Shown: one piece after another, positions 1 to 9,163 of the stretch | Position numbering within the stretch: the first letter of the stretch is position 1 | Layout of the letters: each line of letters starts with the position of its first letter | Assembly (NCBI GenBank): GCA_964549305.1 | Contig: CAZJVM010000033.1 | Coordinates: 1 to 29,690, forward strand | Source of the DNA: an uncultured bacterium | GTDB taxonomy: Bacteria; Schekmanbacteria; GWA2-38-11; J061 | Reading direction: 5' to 3' | DNA: 29,690 bases | The notes under the pieces: generated by a model | The model's database searches: none | What the model was told of the DNA's origin: nothing | The model's input: the letters and a program-made list of their open reading frames with translations, nothing else | Program-made: the position numbers and the translations under genes

Positions 1-1175
1 GGATAAAAACCGAAGAATATTCCCACTCCCGCGGAAAATCCGAAAGCGAGAATAATCGCAAAGGGGGAAATAATCGTAGGCCATTCAAAATAATTTGAAA
101 CCACAACTGAAATGCCGACGCCAATCACCGTGCCAATCAATCCCCCGAGAAATGAAAGGACAACCGCTTCGGTGAGAAACTGAAAAAGTATGTCCCTCTG
201 CTTCGCGCCGATTGCCATTCTTATGCCAATTTCCCGGGTGCGCTCTGTAACAGATACGAGCATTATGTTCATAATCCCGATTCCGCCCACAAGAAGCGAT
301 ATTGAAGCGATAGCACCGAGCAGAAGCGAAGAAATGCTTGCCGCTTTTGTGGCAAATCCGCTCATTTCGGCAAAATTCATAACGATAAAATCCGGTTCCT
401 GATTTTTTCCGATACGATGTCTTTGTCTTAAAAGTTCATTCATCTGCTCTTCAGCGGCATCTACTTTTTTCTGCGAAACCGCCTTTACCATAATCATATT
501 TATGATGCCCGGACGGCGCGACCCGAATACCCTTTGCTGTGCAGTCGATATAGGAATGTAGATAATATCGTCCTGATCCTGCCCCATAAGAGACTGTCCC
601 TTGCTCTCGAGCAATCCCACAACGGTAAAGAGCACCCTGTTAATTCTTATTACTTTACCGATTGGATTATCACCGAAAAAAAGATTATCGGCAACGGTCT
701 TTCCGATGACGCAATTTTTCGTTGCGCCCTCCACATCAGAAGCGGTTATGAATTTGCCTTCATCTAATTTCCAGTCACGAATTGCGAACATATCGGGAGT
801 AGTTCCCATAACCATAGTATTCCAGTTATCGTTAGCGTAAACGACCTGAGCGCCGCCACTCACAACGGGTGCGGCATTTTTCACGGCAGAGCACTCCTCA
901 GCAATGGCAATTGCATCGCTGAGCTTAAGCGTTGAACTGGTCCCCATCCCCATTCTCGTGCCTCCGCTTGTCTGTGAACCGGGGCGGACCATAAGCATAT
1001 TGGAACCGATGCTTTCAATCGATTCCGCGAGTTTGGCTTTGGCTCCGTTTCCTATCACTATCATTGCGATAACCGCGCTTACACCTATGATTATCCCGAG
1101 GATGGTAAGGAAGGAACGAACCTTGTTAACGCGCAATGCTCTCAGTGCAACCCGTATATTCACAAAAATATTCAT
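1..1175 (-). CDS. MacB/FtsX-family ABC transporter permease (3' end runs off the window)
   Basis: Absent from the ORF track because there is no stop in the window. Manual translation from ATG at 1175 gives MNIFVNIRVALRALRVNKVRSFLTILGIIIGVSAVIAMIVIGNG, and the window-edge end reads AIILAFGFSAGVGIFFGFYP. Both are typical MacB-permease termini. It starts 5 nt after the ATPase stop. Confidence 0.93.
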   Translation of the reverse strand, partial: MNIFVNIRVALRALRVNKVRSFLTILGIIIGVSAVIAMIVIGNGAKAKLAESIESIGSNMLMVRPGSQTSGGTRMGMGTSSTLKLSDAIAIAEECSAVKNAAPVVSGGAQVVYANDNWNTMVMGTTPDMFAIRDWKLDEGKFITASDVEGATKNCVIGKTVADNLFFGDNPIGKVIRINRVLFTVVGLLESKGQSLMGQDQDDIIYIPISTAQQRVFGSRRPGIINMIMVKAVSQKKVDAAEEQMNELLRQRHRIGKNQEPDFIVMNFAEMSGFATKAASISSLLLGAIASISLLVGGIGIMNIMLVSVTERTREIGIRMAIGAKQRDILFQFLTEAVVLSFLGGLIGTVIGVGISVVVSNYFEWPTIISPFAIILAFGFSAGVGIFFGFY

Positions 1176-1180
1176 CTAAC

Positions 1181-1900
1181 TCAGTCGTCTCCCCAAAGCA
1201 CGGGAGTATCCGTCAACTGCCCTCCCCCGTCATCTGACACTATCAGTCCGTCGCTAAAATGAATTCTTCTTTGCGCGTACGCGGCAATGTCGGTCTCGTG
1301 CGTTACCATAATAATCGTTATCCCCTTGTCCCTGTTGAGAGAAGTAAATATGTCCATAATCTCCCTGCTTGTTTTTGTATCAAGATTTCCCGTGGGCTCA
1401 TCTGCAAGAATGAGAGAGGGCTTGTTTACAAGAGCGCGCGCAATGGCGACTCTCTGTTGCTGACCGCCCGACAACTGATTTGACAGATGTGTCGCCCTGT
1501 CATCAATCCCCATATCCTTCAGTGCATTAAGAGCAATTGCCTTTCTTTCCTTTTGATGAATTCCGCTGTAAATGAGAGGAAGTTCGGCATTTTCAATGGC
1601 GCTTGTCCGCGACAGGAGATTAAAACCCTGAAACACGAAACCAATTTTTTTATTTCTGAGTTCCGATAACTGTATTGGAGAGTGTTCGCTCACATTTTTT
1701 CCGTCGAAATAAAATTCGCCTTCAGTGGGCACATCGAGACACCCCAGTATATTCATAAATGTGGATTTACCCGACCCCGACGAGCCGAGAATCGCGACAA
1801 ACTCACCCTTTTCAACGCTTACGGAAACACCGTTGAGAGCACGGACTACCTGCTCGCCCACAGAATAGAATTTTTTAAGGTTTTTAACTTCCAGAAACAT
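1181..1900 (-). CDS. ABC transporter ATP-binding protein, MacB/LolD type
   Basis: Walker A GSSGSGKST, signature LSGGQQQRVAIARAL, Walker B ILADEPTGNLD, H-loop MVTHE. Confidence 0.96.
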   Translation of the reverse strand: MFLEVKNLKKFYSVGEQVVRALNGVSVSVEKGEFVAILGSSGSGKSTFMNILGCLDVPTEGEFYFDGKNVSEHSPIQLSELRNKKIGFVFQGFNLLSRTSAIENAELPLIYSGIHQKERKAIALNALKDMGIDDRATHLSNQLSGGQQQRVAIARALVNKPSLILADEPTGNLDTKTSREIMDIFTSLNRDKGITIIMVTHETDIAAYAQRRIHFSDGLIVSDDGGGQLTDTPVLWGDD

Positions 1901-1925
1901 TATCAGATTAAATGTTAAGGATTAA

Positions 1926-3080
1926 CTAATCTTCGTAAATGGCATCTATCACTACATTGCCGCCTTCCTTTATCTCACCTTCAATAAGCTCGGTAAAGGC
2001 GCTGTTGCTGATTCCTGTTTTAACTTCCACTTTATGAAGTTTATTATCAGGCAGGATTTTCCAGACACCCTTGGCGGCATATTTTCTGTAGTTCGCATTT
2101 TTTTTCATTTTTTCCTTTTCCTCACGGGGCATAAATCTCAGTGCCGCATTGGGTATTCTCAAGACATTTTCCTGTACGCTTGTAGTTATGCTCACATTGG
2201 CGGTCATTCCCGGTTTGAGAATCAGGTCGCTGTTATCCACATCGATTATCACTTCATAGGTGACCACATTCTGAACATTCTGCGGTGATATCCTTATTTG
2301 CGATACTTTACCTGCGAATGTCCTTTCAGGAAAAGCATCTACGGTAAAGTCAACGCTCTGTCCCGTTAAAACGCGCCCGATATCCGCCTCGTCAACATTG
2401 GTTTCAATCTGCATTACGGAAAGGTCCTTAGCGGCGATAAAAAGAGTTGGTGTCTGCATACTCGCCACTATCGTCTGACCCACATCGACTTCCCGTGATA
2501 CGATGATGCCGTCAACGGGAGAAATAATGTCCGTATATTTGAGGTTAGTTTCCGACTCCTCGAGAATCGCCCTCTGCTGGTCAACCTGCGCTTTTGAAAC
2601 CTCTACCTGCGCTACCGCTGAATCATGGGCACTTTGAGCAGAATCAAGTTCCTGGTCGGAAGCAAATCCCGTTTGATTCAATGCCTGAATTCGTTTAAGT
2701 TTCAATTGCGAATCTTTGAGCAGGACTTCATTTTTGTTAAGGTTTTTAAGCGACAATCTCAGATTGTATTTTGACTGGTCAACACGCGCCTGAAAAATCT
2801 GCGGGTCTATTTTGGCAAGGAGTTGCCCCTTTTTTACTCTGCTGTTGAAATCCACAATTATTTTACTTACCTTACCTGAAACCTGACTTCCGATAATTAC
2901 CATTGCCTTTGGATTGACAGTGCCCGTAGCGCTAACCTTCTGGACAATCTTCCCGCGGGTAACCTGTGCGGTTAAGTATTCAATATCATTATTCTTTCCC
3001 CGGCGAAAAGACCTGAATGTAAAAAACAGCGCTACTACAACCACAATTGTTATAATGATATAAAGATTGCTTTTTTTCAT
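1926..3080 (-). CDS. MacA-type efflux periplasmic adaptor (membrane fusion protein)
   Basis: N-terminal TM helix; VSATGTV, IGSQVSG, VKKGQLLAKID, IISPVDGIIV, DEADIG and LKPGMTA motifs. The start is placed at MKKSNLY (ATG 3080) rather than the TTG at 3137. Confidence 0.93.
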   Translation of the reverse strand: MKKSNLYIIITIVVVVALFFTFRSFRRGKNNDIEYLTAQVTRGKIVQKVSATGTVNPKAMVIIGSQVSGKVSKIIVDFNSRVKKGQLLAKIDPQIFQARVDQSKYNLRLSLKNLNKNEVLLKDSQLKLKRIQALNQTGFASDQELDSAQSAHDSAVAQVEVSKAQVDQQRAILEESETNLKYTDIISPVDGIIVSREVDVGQTIVASMQTPTLFIAAKDLSVMQIETNVDEADIGRVLTGQSVDFTVDAFPERTFAGKVSQIRISPQNVQNVVTYEVIIDVDNSDLILKPGMTANVSITTSVQENVLRIPNAALRFMPREEKEKMKKNANYRKYAAKGVWKILPDNKLHKVEVKTGISNSAFTELIEGEIKEGGNVVIDAIYED

Positions 3081-3217
3081 TTCCAGCCTTTCTGTCCCGA
3101 TTTTTTGGTTTCTATTTTGACACTTAATTATAAACAAATAAATTAGCTATTTAACATTTAATCAGAATAATTAAAAGCGGCAAAATGATTAGTGGAAAGT
3201 TGAGGATATTTTTATAT

Positions 3218-4024
3218 TCATCCAAATAACATTTTCTCAACTTCATCAAAAGTGATTCCATCTGCGCCGTTACAGCTTTTAACCTCAAGAGTGATGCTTC
3301 CCCTGTAATTCATTTTATTTAAGATATCTCCTATTTCATTCCACCTCACATTTCCCTCGCCCGGATGAAGATGCAAATCCCCGATGCCGTCATTGTCGGA
3401 CATATGGATATTCAGAAGATATTTGCCCGCGATTTCCACTGCCTTCACGGCATCTTCAAAAATATTGGCGTGTCCCGCGTCAACGCAAATACCGAGATTT
3501 AACAAACCTGAATCTTTCACTATTTCAACCAGGTCACTTACAGGCATTTCTCTTTCCGTATTCTCGAGGGCAATCCGGGTTTCCTTTTTCAAAGCATACC
3601 CGCATATTTCCGTCAAACTTTTCTTAAGCGCGGATTTCGCTCCTTCGATATCGCTCTTATCCTTAATATCCCCGTGGACAATGGCAAGTTTTGAACCGCT
3701 TTCTGAGATAACTTCGATTGACCTGCAAATGAGTTTTACCGATTCCGCCCTTTCATTCTCATCGGTATCGGTTATGTATGCAATCTCCCTGCGCTTGCCT
3801 GAAGTGTCAATTTTAAAAATAGGCGTGTGGTATGAGTTGATTTTGAGCCCTGATTCTTCAAGCAACCTGAATGTATGGGCATTGCTCTTTTCATTATACA
3901 AATCGATATGAGGCGGCATTGTCCAGAATTCTATATTTTCATATCCGAGAGACGCAATTGTTTCAAGTCTTTCGGAATTTAATTCAATACCGGCATAAAA
4001 ATGGTTGGAAAAGGATATTTTCAT
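3218..4024 (-). CDS. Sugar phosphate isomerase/epimerase (xylose-isomerase-like TIM barrel, AP endonuclease 2 family)
   Basis: Metal-ligand motifs ALEN, CVDAGH, IHMSDNDG, DLHLHPGEG and TLEV. Probable start is MKISFS at 4024. Confidence 0.88.
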   Translation of the reverse strand: MKISFSNHFYAGIELNSERLETIASLGYENIEFWTMPPHIDLYNEKSNAHTFRLLEESGLKINSYHTPIFKIDTSGKRREIAYITDTDENERAESVKLICRSIEVISESGSKLAIVHGDIKDKSDIEGAKSALKKSLTEICGYALKKETRIALENTEREMPVSDLVEIVKDSGLLNLGICVDAGHANIFEDAVKAVEIAGKYLLNIHMSDNDGIGDLHLHPGEGNVRWNEIGDILNKMNYRGSITLEVKSCNGADGITFDEVEKMLFG

Positions 4025-4063
4025 TATATTTGCCCCGCTAAAAGATAGCAGATGATAATTTTC

Positions 4064-4092
4064 TTGCAAGTGATATGACGATTTACTACTTT
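4064..4092 (+). promoter_or_regulatory. Candidate sigma70 promoter for the LUD/CCG gene
   Basis: TTGCAA(4064-4069), 17 nt, TACTTT(4087-4092), then a GGGAGG RBS before ATG 4126. Confidence 0.4.
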
Positions 4093-4125
4093 TAAGTTAT
4101 TTCAGCAATGGGAGGAATTATCCTT

Positions 4126-6273
4126 ATGCCGCAAAAAAAGACAGGTAAAAATTACAACAGGGAATGCCGCAATGCCGTCAACAATCCTATTCTAAAGGAA
4201 GCGCTCAACAGAACAACCGAAAGATTCACGAAAAACAGGGACAAGGCATTTTTTGAATTTGAAGACATTGAATCTGCGCGCGAAAATGCCCGCAATATAA
4301 AGAAAAATGCCATCGATAACCTTGATAAAAATATTGAAAGTTTTAAAAAAAATTTTGAAAACGCGGGCGGAACTTTCTATATGGCAAAGGATGCCTCATC
4401 TGCCTGCGGATATATAACGTCTCTTCTCAAAGAGCATAACATCACGAAAACCGTAAAATCGAAATCACTTGCATCGGAAGAGATAGGTCTTAACGAAGAA
4501 CTCGCGTCAAAGGGAATTGACGCAGTAGAAACGGACCTTGGGGAATGGATAATTCAGCTAAGGGGGGAAAAACCCTCTCATCTCATTGTTCCCGCGATGC
4601 ACTTAACTAAAGAGGTGATTGCGCGCACCTTTGAAAAAGTGGAAGGCAGGAGTCTTCCCGATGACCCCGATGAACTGGTAAAAGTCGCGAGAAGACATCT
4701 GAGACAAAAATTCATAGATGCCGAAGCGGGAATCACGGGAAGCAATTTTCTCATTGCAGATACGGGCACTCTCGTAATCCTTTCAAACGAAGGCAATGCG
4801 CGCCTTTGCTCTAGTCTTCCCCCGATTCACATTGCAGTAGTGGGAATGGAAAAGATAATCGGCACAATGGCTGAAAGCGTTCCCCTAATCCGCCTTTTAA
4901 CGAGAAATGCCACGGGACAGAATATCACAAGCTACATCTCCTACATTACGGGACCCAGTCGCACTGCCGATATCGAGCTTAACCTCACTCTCGGCGCACA
5001 CGGACCCGAAGAGGTGCATCTTGTAGTGATTGACAACGGACGCTCAGAAATTCTTGCAGATAATGAATTCAGGGAAATTCTTTACTGTCTTCGTTGCGGC
5101 GCCTGTCTTAATGTCTGTCCCGTATTCAGGGAAATCGGAGGACATATTTTCGGACATACATATATGGGAGGCATAGGTACGCTTTTGACATATTTCATAG
5201 ACGGTGCAAAAAAAGCGAAAACTCTCGCATTTTCCTGCACGGGATGCGGAGAATGCTCTGATGTATGCCCGGTAAAAATCGACATCCCCGGCCTGTTGCT
5301 CAAGCTCAGAAAGCGCTACTCGGAAAAGGGTGATTTGCCGTGGCTTAAGAAGTTTCTTTTTAAAAATGTAATTAAAAACCGCTCGCTTTTTGAAAAAAGC
5401 CTGAAAGCGGCATATCTGTCAACTTCTCCATATAAGGACAATGAAAATACTATACGCCATTTACCCTTATTCTTTTCCGGAATGACGGAATTCAGAAAGC
5501 TTCCTGCAATCGCAAAAGTTTCATTGAGGGAGAGGTTTAATTCAATAAAACAGGAAGGCAGTGATGAAGTGGTATTATTCCCGGGATGCCTCATAGAATT
5601 TGTTTATCCTCATATCGGAGAGAAAATCATAAGTCTTTTAAACAGGAACGGAAAAAAAGTTTTATTTCCGGAAAATCTCAACTGTTGCGCATATCCTCTG
5701 ATTGCGTCAGGCGACTGGAAAACCGCCAATGAAATCGCGGTTAACAATATAGAAATACTTAACAAGCAGAACTGTCCAATTATAACCGCCTGTCCAACGT
5801 GCCTTGAGGCGCTTTCGGAAAGATATCCGGAAATAATGGAAAAAGATAACGCATTATACGGCGAAGCGCTGAAAATCGCCGGAAGATGCACTGACATATC
5901 CAATTACCTCCTGAATGTACTCGGTTGCCATATAAAAACGGAATCAGGTGAAAAAATAACATACCATACCCCCTGTCATCTTAAAAAAAATAAGAAAATG
6001 GCGGACTCTCCAACGGAAATATTGAGAAAAAGCAGAGGTAACAGCTTTATTGAGATGAAAAATTCGGCTTATTGCTGTGGCGCGGGAGGTTCCTTCGCGG
6101 TGGAATATCCTCCGCTTTCAGGCGCTATTTCAAAAAGAAAAACCGATTCAATAGAAAAAACGGGCGCTGAAACTGTCGTCACATCCTGCCCGGGATGCCT
6201 GATGCAGATTGAAGGCACTCTTCAAAAACTCAAAAAAACAATTAAAGCGAAACATATTGTTGAAATTCTTTAA
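4126..6273 (+). CDS. Lactate-utilisation LutB(LldF)-LutA(LldE) fusion: LUD domain + 2x[4Fe-4S] + two CCG domains (LldH-type L-lactate dehydrogenase large subunit)
   Basis: LUD motifs KSKSLASEEIGLN, ETDLGEWIIQL, PSHLIVPAMH, NEGNAR and GPSRTADIE; CLRCGACLNVCP and CTGCGECSDVCP; CCG motifs FPGC/NCC/CPTC and YHTPCH/YCCGAGG/SCPGC. The start at 4126 follows GGGAGG. Confidence 0.9.
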   Translation: MPQKKTGKNYNRECRNAVNNPILKEALNRTTERFTKNRDKAFFEFEDIESARENARNIKKNAIDNLDKNIESFKKNFENAGGTFYMAKDASSACGYITSLLKEHNITKTVKSKSLASEEIGLNEELASKGIDAVETDLGEWIIQLRGEKPSHLIVPAMHLTKEVIARTFEKVEGRSLPDDPDELVKVARRHLRQKFIDAEAGITGSNFLIADTGTLVILSNEGNARLCSSLPPIHIAVVGMEKIIGTMAESVPLIRLLTRNATGQNITSYISYITGPSRTADIELNLTLGAHGPEEVHLVVIDNGRSEILADNEFREILYCLRCGACLNVCPVFREIGGHIFGHTYMGGIGTLLTYFIDGAKKAKTLAFSCTGCGECSDVCPVKIDIPGLLLKLRKRYSEKGDLPWLKKFLFKNVIKNRSLFEKSLKAAYLSTSPYKDNENTIRHLPLFFSGMTEFRKLPAIAKVSLRERFNSIKQEGSDEVVLFPGCLIEFVYPHIGEKIISLLNRNGKKVLFPENLNCCAYPLIASGDWKTANEIAVNNIEILNKQNCPIITACPTCLEALSERYPEIMEKDNALYGEALKIAGRCTDISNYLLNVLGCHIKTESGEKITYHTPCHLKKNKKMADSPTEILRKSRGNSFIEMKNSAYCCGAGGSFAVEYPPLSGAISKRKTDSIEKTGAETVVTSCPGCLMQIEGTLQKLKKTIKAKHIVEIL

Positions 6274-6554
6274 AAATTCTTTTCCGATTTTAAAAATAAA
6301 TAGAATTGCTTGTGTTTTTATAAATATTATTCGATATTAAGATATCTTTTAGATAATTTACAAAAAGGAAGTTTCAATAACAATATTTTTTTAAGTTTTT
6401 TCTTGAATTATTTTTTAATTTCTATAAAGTAAAGAGTCTTTTAGTAGCTTATCAGGCTAATTGACAAGCCTCTGACTAATCGGAAAAGTATAAACATATA
6501 GATAAATTTGAAGATTTTTAAATATTCAAAAAAAACTCAAAGGGGTGAATTTAG

Positions 6555-6758
6555 TTGGGAAATGTACTTTTCAAAATTGAGGTAAACGGAAATCTCGAAA
6601 AAGCTCTCGGCAAGATGAAAAGAGAGTTTAAAAAAGGGAATATCCTGAACGAGATTAAAAAGAAAAGTTTTTACGAAAAGCCAAGCGAAAAGAAAAGACG
6701 TAAAGTACGCGAGGCAAAAAGGAAAATGCAGAAAAAATCAATCGAATTATCGCGCTGA
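6555..6758 (+). CDS. rpsU: 30S ribosomal protein bS21
   Basis: 67 aa, basic, LEKAL..MKR..K..GNILNEIKKKSFYEKPSEKKRRK signature. TTG start preceded by AGGGGTG. Confidence 0.92.
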   Translation: MGNVLFKIEVNGNLEKALGKMKREFKKGNILNEIKKKSFYEKPSEKKRRKVREAKRKMQKKSIELSR

Positions 6759-6888
6759 TTTTTTCAGACCTTCCTACTCTATTTCTTATTTTCAGGCATT
6801 CGGGGGCAATTGCCATACAACCGAAAAAAAGGACAGGTGAGTTGTGCCCGAAGAGATATCATCCCCTATTTTCTCTTCATCCTCTCCT

Positions 6889-7893
6889 TTAAAGCCCAAC
6901 ATAAATATCGAGAATTTCTCCAAGATATGTAAACTCCGAAGCAAGCGCCCGATTCTCCTTTACATAAGAAAAAGTCAAAGGAATATATTTGAGATAATCA
7001 TTCTTTCCCTTGCCAACCTTCTGAAAGGCAAAAGTCCCTATTGCCTTCAAGTTCCTCTGCAAAGCGCAATAATCGTAATAAACCAAAAATTCATCTTTAT
7101 CCCTTACGGGAAATTCGTATTCTTTCCGATACCGGAAATATGATTCAATCATTCCCTTTACAAAATCATCATCGAGTTTCACATAGGAATCTCTCAGAAT
7201 GGAAACCAGGTCATATTGCGGGGGCCCGAGGCGGGCATCCTGAAAATCAATCATCACAATTCTATCATCTGACACCATAAAATTTCTTGAATGATAGTCT
7301 CTGTGCGTAAAAACAAGCGGAAGGTGCCCTGCTATGAAAGCGCTTAATCTTTTAAACTCATTATTTAAAGCTTCGAGGTGAGTTTTTTTTATTTTTTTCC
7401 CAAGAAATTTCTCAATGTAGTTTTCCCTGAAAAATTGAAGTTCATAGATGAATTTTGCATCATCGAATCTTCTGGCAAAGGCAACGGCATTTTTATTGTC
7501 TGCATCTTTTATCTGTGACTGCATCTTTGCAAGTATGGACAGGGCGCTCTTGTAATACTCCTGTGCCCTTTCGGGATTTTTTACTATCGCTTCCTGCAGA
7601 GTAATGTCTCCAAGGTCTTCAAGCGCGGCAACTCCGTCATTCGAGCTTACTCCGTAAATTTCCGGTACTGGAAGATTGTATTTTTTTAAAAGCTCTGCCG
7701 TATCAATATAATCCTGAAGACTGTTATTATTCGGTTCGGGATAAACCATCAGGATACAGCTTTTTGATTTTGCCTCTGTCTCCGTTGTCATCCTGATAAA
7801 ATTCCTGTCCGACGCGTCGCCGAAAAGCGGAGTATATTTCGGAGAGGGAGGCAGTGTTCCGAAGAGATTTTTTATCTTTTTTTCAGAGAGCAA
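6889..7893 (-). CDS. Aminoglycoside-phosphotransferase-fold kinase, AmgK (MurNAc/GlcNAc anomeric kinase)-like
   Basis: GDASDRNFIR, LEDLGD, HRDYHSRN, IDFQDARLGP.YDLVSIL.D and QRNLKAIGTF motifs match the AmgK subfamily. Confidence 0.85.
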   Translation of the reverse strand: MLSEKKIKNLFGTLPPSPKYTPLFGDASDRNFIRMTTETEAKSKSCILMVYPEPNNNSLQDYIDTAELLKKYNLPVPEIYGVSSNDGVAALEDLGDITLQEAIVKNPERAQEYYKSALSILAKMQSQIKDADNKNAVAFARRFDDAKFIYELQFFRENYIEKFLGKKIKKTHLEALNNEFKRLSAFIAGHLPLVFTHRDYHSRNFMVSDDRIVMIDFQDARLGPPQYDLVSILRDSYVKLDDDFVKGMIESYFRYRKEYEFPVRDKDEFLVYYDYCALQRNLKAIGTFAFQKVGKGKNDYLKYIPLTFSYVKENRALASEFTYLGEILDIYVGL

Positions 7894-7907
7894 GGAAGAT
7901 TCCCTGA

Positions 7908-8663
7908 TTAAATATTAATTTCTTTGAGAAGTGCTTCCAATTCTCTCTTTGCTCCGGTTTTTACAGGCGCACCGTGACTCGGCAAGAGAGACTCAAATGA
8001 ATAATCCATCAGCTTTGCGATATTCTTCACTGCCAAATCCCAATCGGCGCAAACATCTTTGCCGGGAAGGTTGATTTTTTTAGTAGCATTCGCGCCCGAC
8101 GCGCCCTTGCCGAGAAGAACATCTCCGGTAATAATAGCTATACCTTTTACAAGCAGGCATATGCTTCCTTTCGTATGCCCTTCAACGTGAATAATATCAA
8201 TTTCCTCATTAAATCGCTGTTTGTCCTCAAGGGGAATATCCACTTCACAAGGCACACAGTCAAAGTGGTGATGCAACTCCTCGGGAATCATTTTGGGCCT
8301 TGGAGCCGCCTCCTTGCCTTCGATTACGGGTATGTCCGATTTATGCGCGGCTACAGGGACTCTGAATTCTTCCTTCAGCTTCGCGAGATTCCCGATATGG
8401 TCGCCGTGGGAATGGGTACAGATAATCGAATCCACTTTAAACCCGTTATTCTTCAAAAATTTCACTATGGTCGAGCGGGAGCCCTTTCTCAGAAGATTCA
8501 ACTGTTCCTGTGAAAAGGGCATTTGATTTTCTATGAAAAAATTTATCACCTCTTTTGAAAGCGGCTTTAACCCCGTATCAACAAGGACTTTTTCGTCAAT
8601 ACCGTCAATATAAAAGGACTTGCTCAAACCCAAATCTATTTCAAATATACCGTGAAGGCTCAT
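7908..8663 (-). CDS. MBL-fold metallo-hydrolase
   Basis: LVDTG, THSHGDHIG (HxHxDH), GHTKGS, TGD and PSHG motifs. Confidence 0.92.
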   Translation of the reverse strand: MSLHGIFEIDLGLSKSFYIDGIDEKVLVDTGLKPLSKEVINFFIENQMPFSQEQLNLLRKGSRSTIVKFLKNNGFKVDSIICTHSHGDHIGNLAKLKEEFRVPVAAHKSDIPVIEGKEAAPRPKMIPEELHHHFDCVPCEVDIPLEDKQRFNEEIDIIHVEGHTKGSICLLVKGIAIITGDVLLGKGASGANATKKINLPGKDVCADWDLAVKNIAKLMDYSFESLLPSHGAPVKTGAKRELEALLKEINI

Positions 8664-8679
8664 ATTGCACCATCGAATT

Positions 8680-8718
8680 AAAAAAGGCGGAAGATGAGAT
8701 TAACATCTACCGCCTTTT
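8680..8718 (-). terminator. Rho-independent terminator after the 78-aa gene
   Basis: On the - strand: AAAAGGCGG-T-AGATG / TTAATCT loop / CATCT-T-CCGCC, then TTTTTT. Confidence 0.75.
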
Positions 8719-8776
8719 GGTTGTCCATCAAAAGCAATTATCTAAATCACAGATTATCAAATTTTCGAAAGAAAAA

Positions 8777-9013
8777 TTAAGCGCTCTTTAAAGGTTCAAG
8801 AGCTTTTAATGCCATCTGAAGAAAAGGTTTCGGTGTGATTTCCTTTACCGCTTCAAGGAAAGTATCTTCCGTTACATCGCCACCGTCACCGCATTTCTTG
8901 GTAAGGGTTTCAACAAGGCGCTTTCTCGTCATTTCCTGAAAAGGTTTCGGTGAACCTTCGATCGATTTGTCAAACATTGCTTTGCTGTTTCCCTGCCAAT
9001 TAAAATCTCCCAT
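8777..9013 (-). CDS. Small helical protein, PCP_red/DUF2621-like
   Basis: GGAGGT RBS at 9019-9024. Pattern W...SKAMFDK.I...PKPFQEM.RK.L....VTED.FL.AV.E.TPKPF resembles the PCP_red/DUF2621 helical domain (from memory). Confidence 0.65.
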   Translation of the reverse strand: MGDFNWQGNSKAMFDKSIEGSPKPFQEMTRKRLVETLTKKCGDGGDVTEDTFLEAVKEITPKPFLQMALKALEPLKSA

Positions 9014-9066
9014 GTTTTACCTCCCGGAATTTAGGTTTTGGATTAAAATAGCTCTCAATATGTACC

Positions 9067-9097
9067 ATACTATTTTCTAAAAAAAATATTTTGTCAA
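9067..9097 (-). promoter_or_regulatory. Candidate MerR-type promoter with 19-bp spacer
   Basis: On the - strand: TTGACA(9097-9092), 19 nt, TAGTAT(9072-9067). TATTTT-N6-AAAATA dyad at 9071-9088. Confidence 0.5.
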
Positions 9098-9163
9098 GAA
9101 AAACCGAACAAAAATAATATTAATTCCCCGAAGAGGCAATGACGGAAAAAATGTAGTCGGGAA

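Noticed and set aside
190-1179. Several + strand ORFs (190-402, 534-767, 601-840, 904-1179)
   Set aside because: Antisense shadows of the MacB-type permease on the - strand.
3384-3911. 175-aa + strand ORF, and similar long antisense ORFs (18310-19221, 25812-26300, 26913-27713, 28792-29316)
   Set aside because: They lie wholly opposite well-supported genes, most are Ser/Ile/Phe-rich as expected of reverse-frame translation, and none has family motifs.
6274-6554. AT-rich region as replication origin or RNA gene
   Set aside because: No DnaA-box cluster or recognisable RNA motif; consistent with an ordinary promoter region for rpsU.
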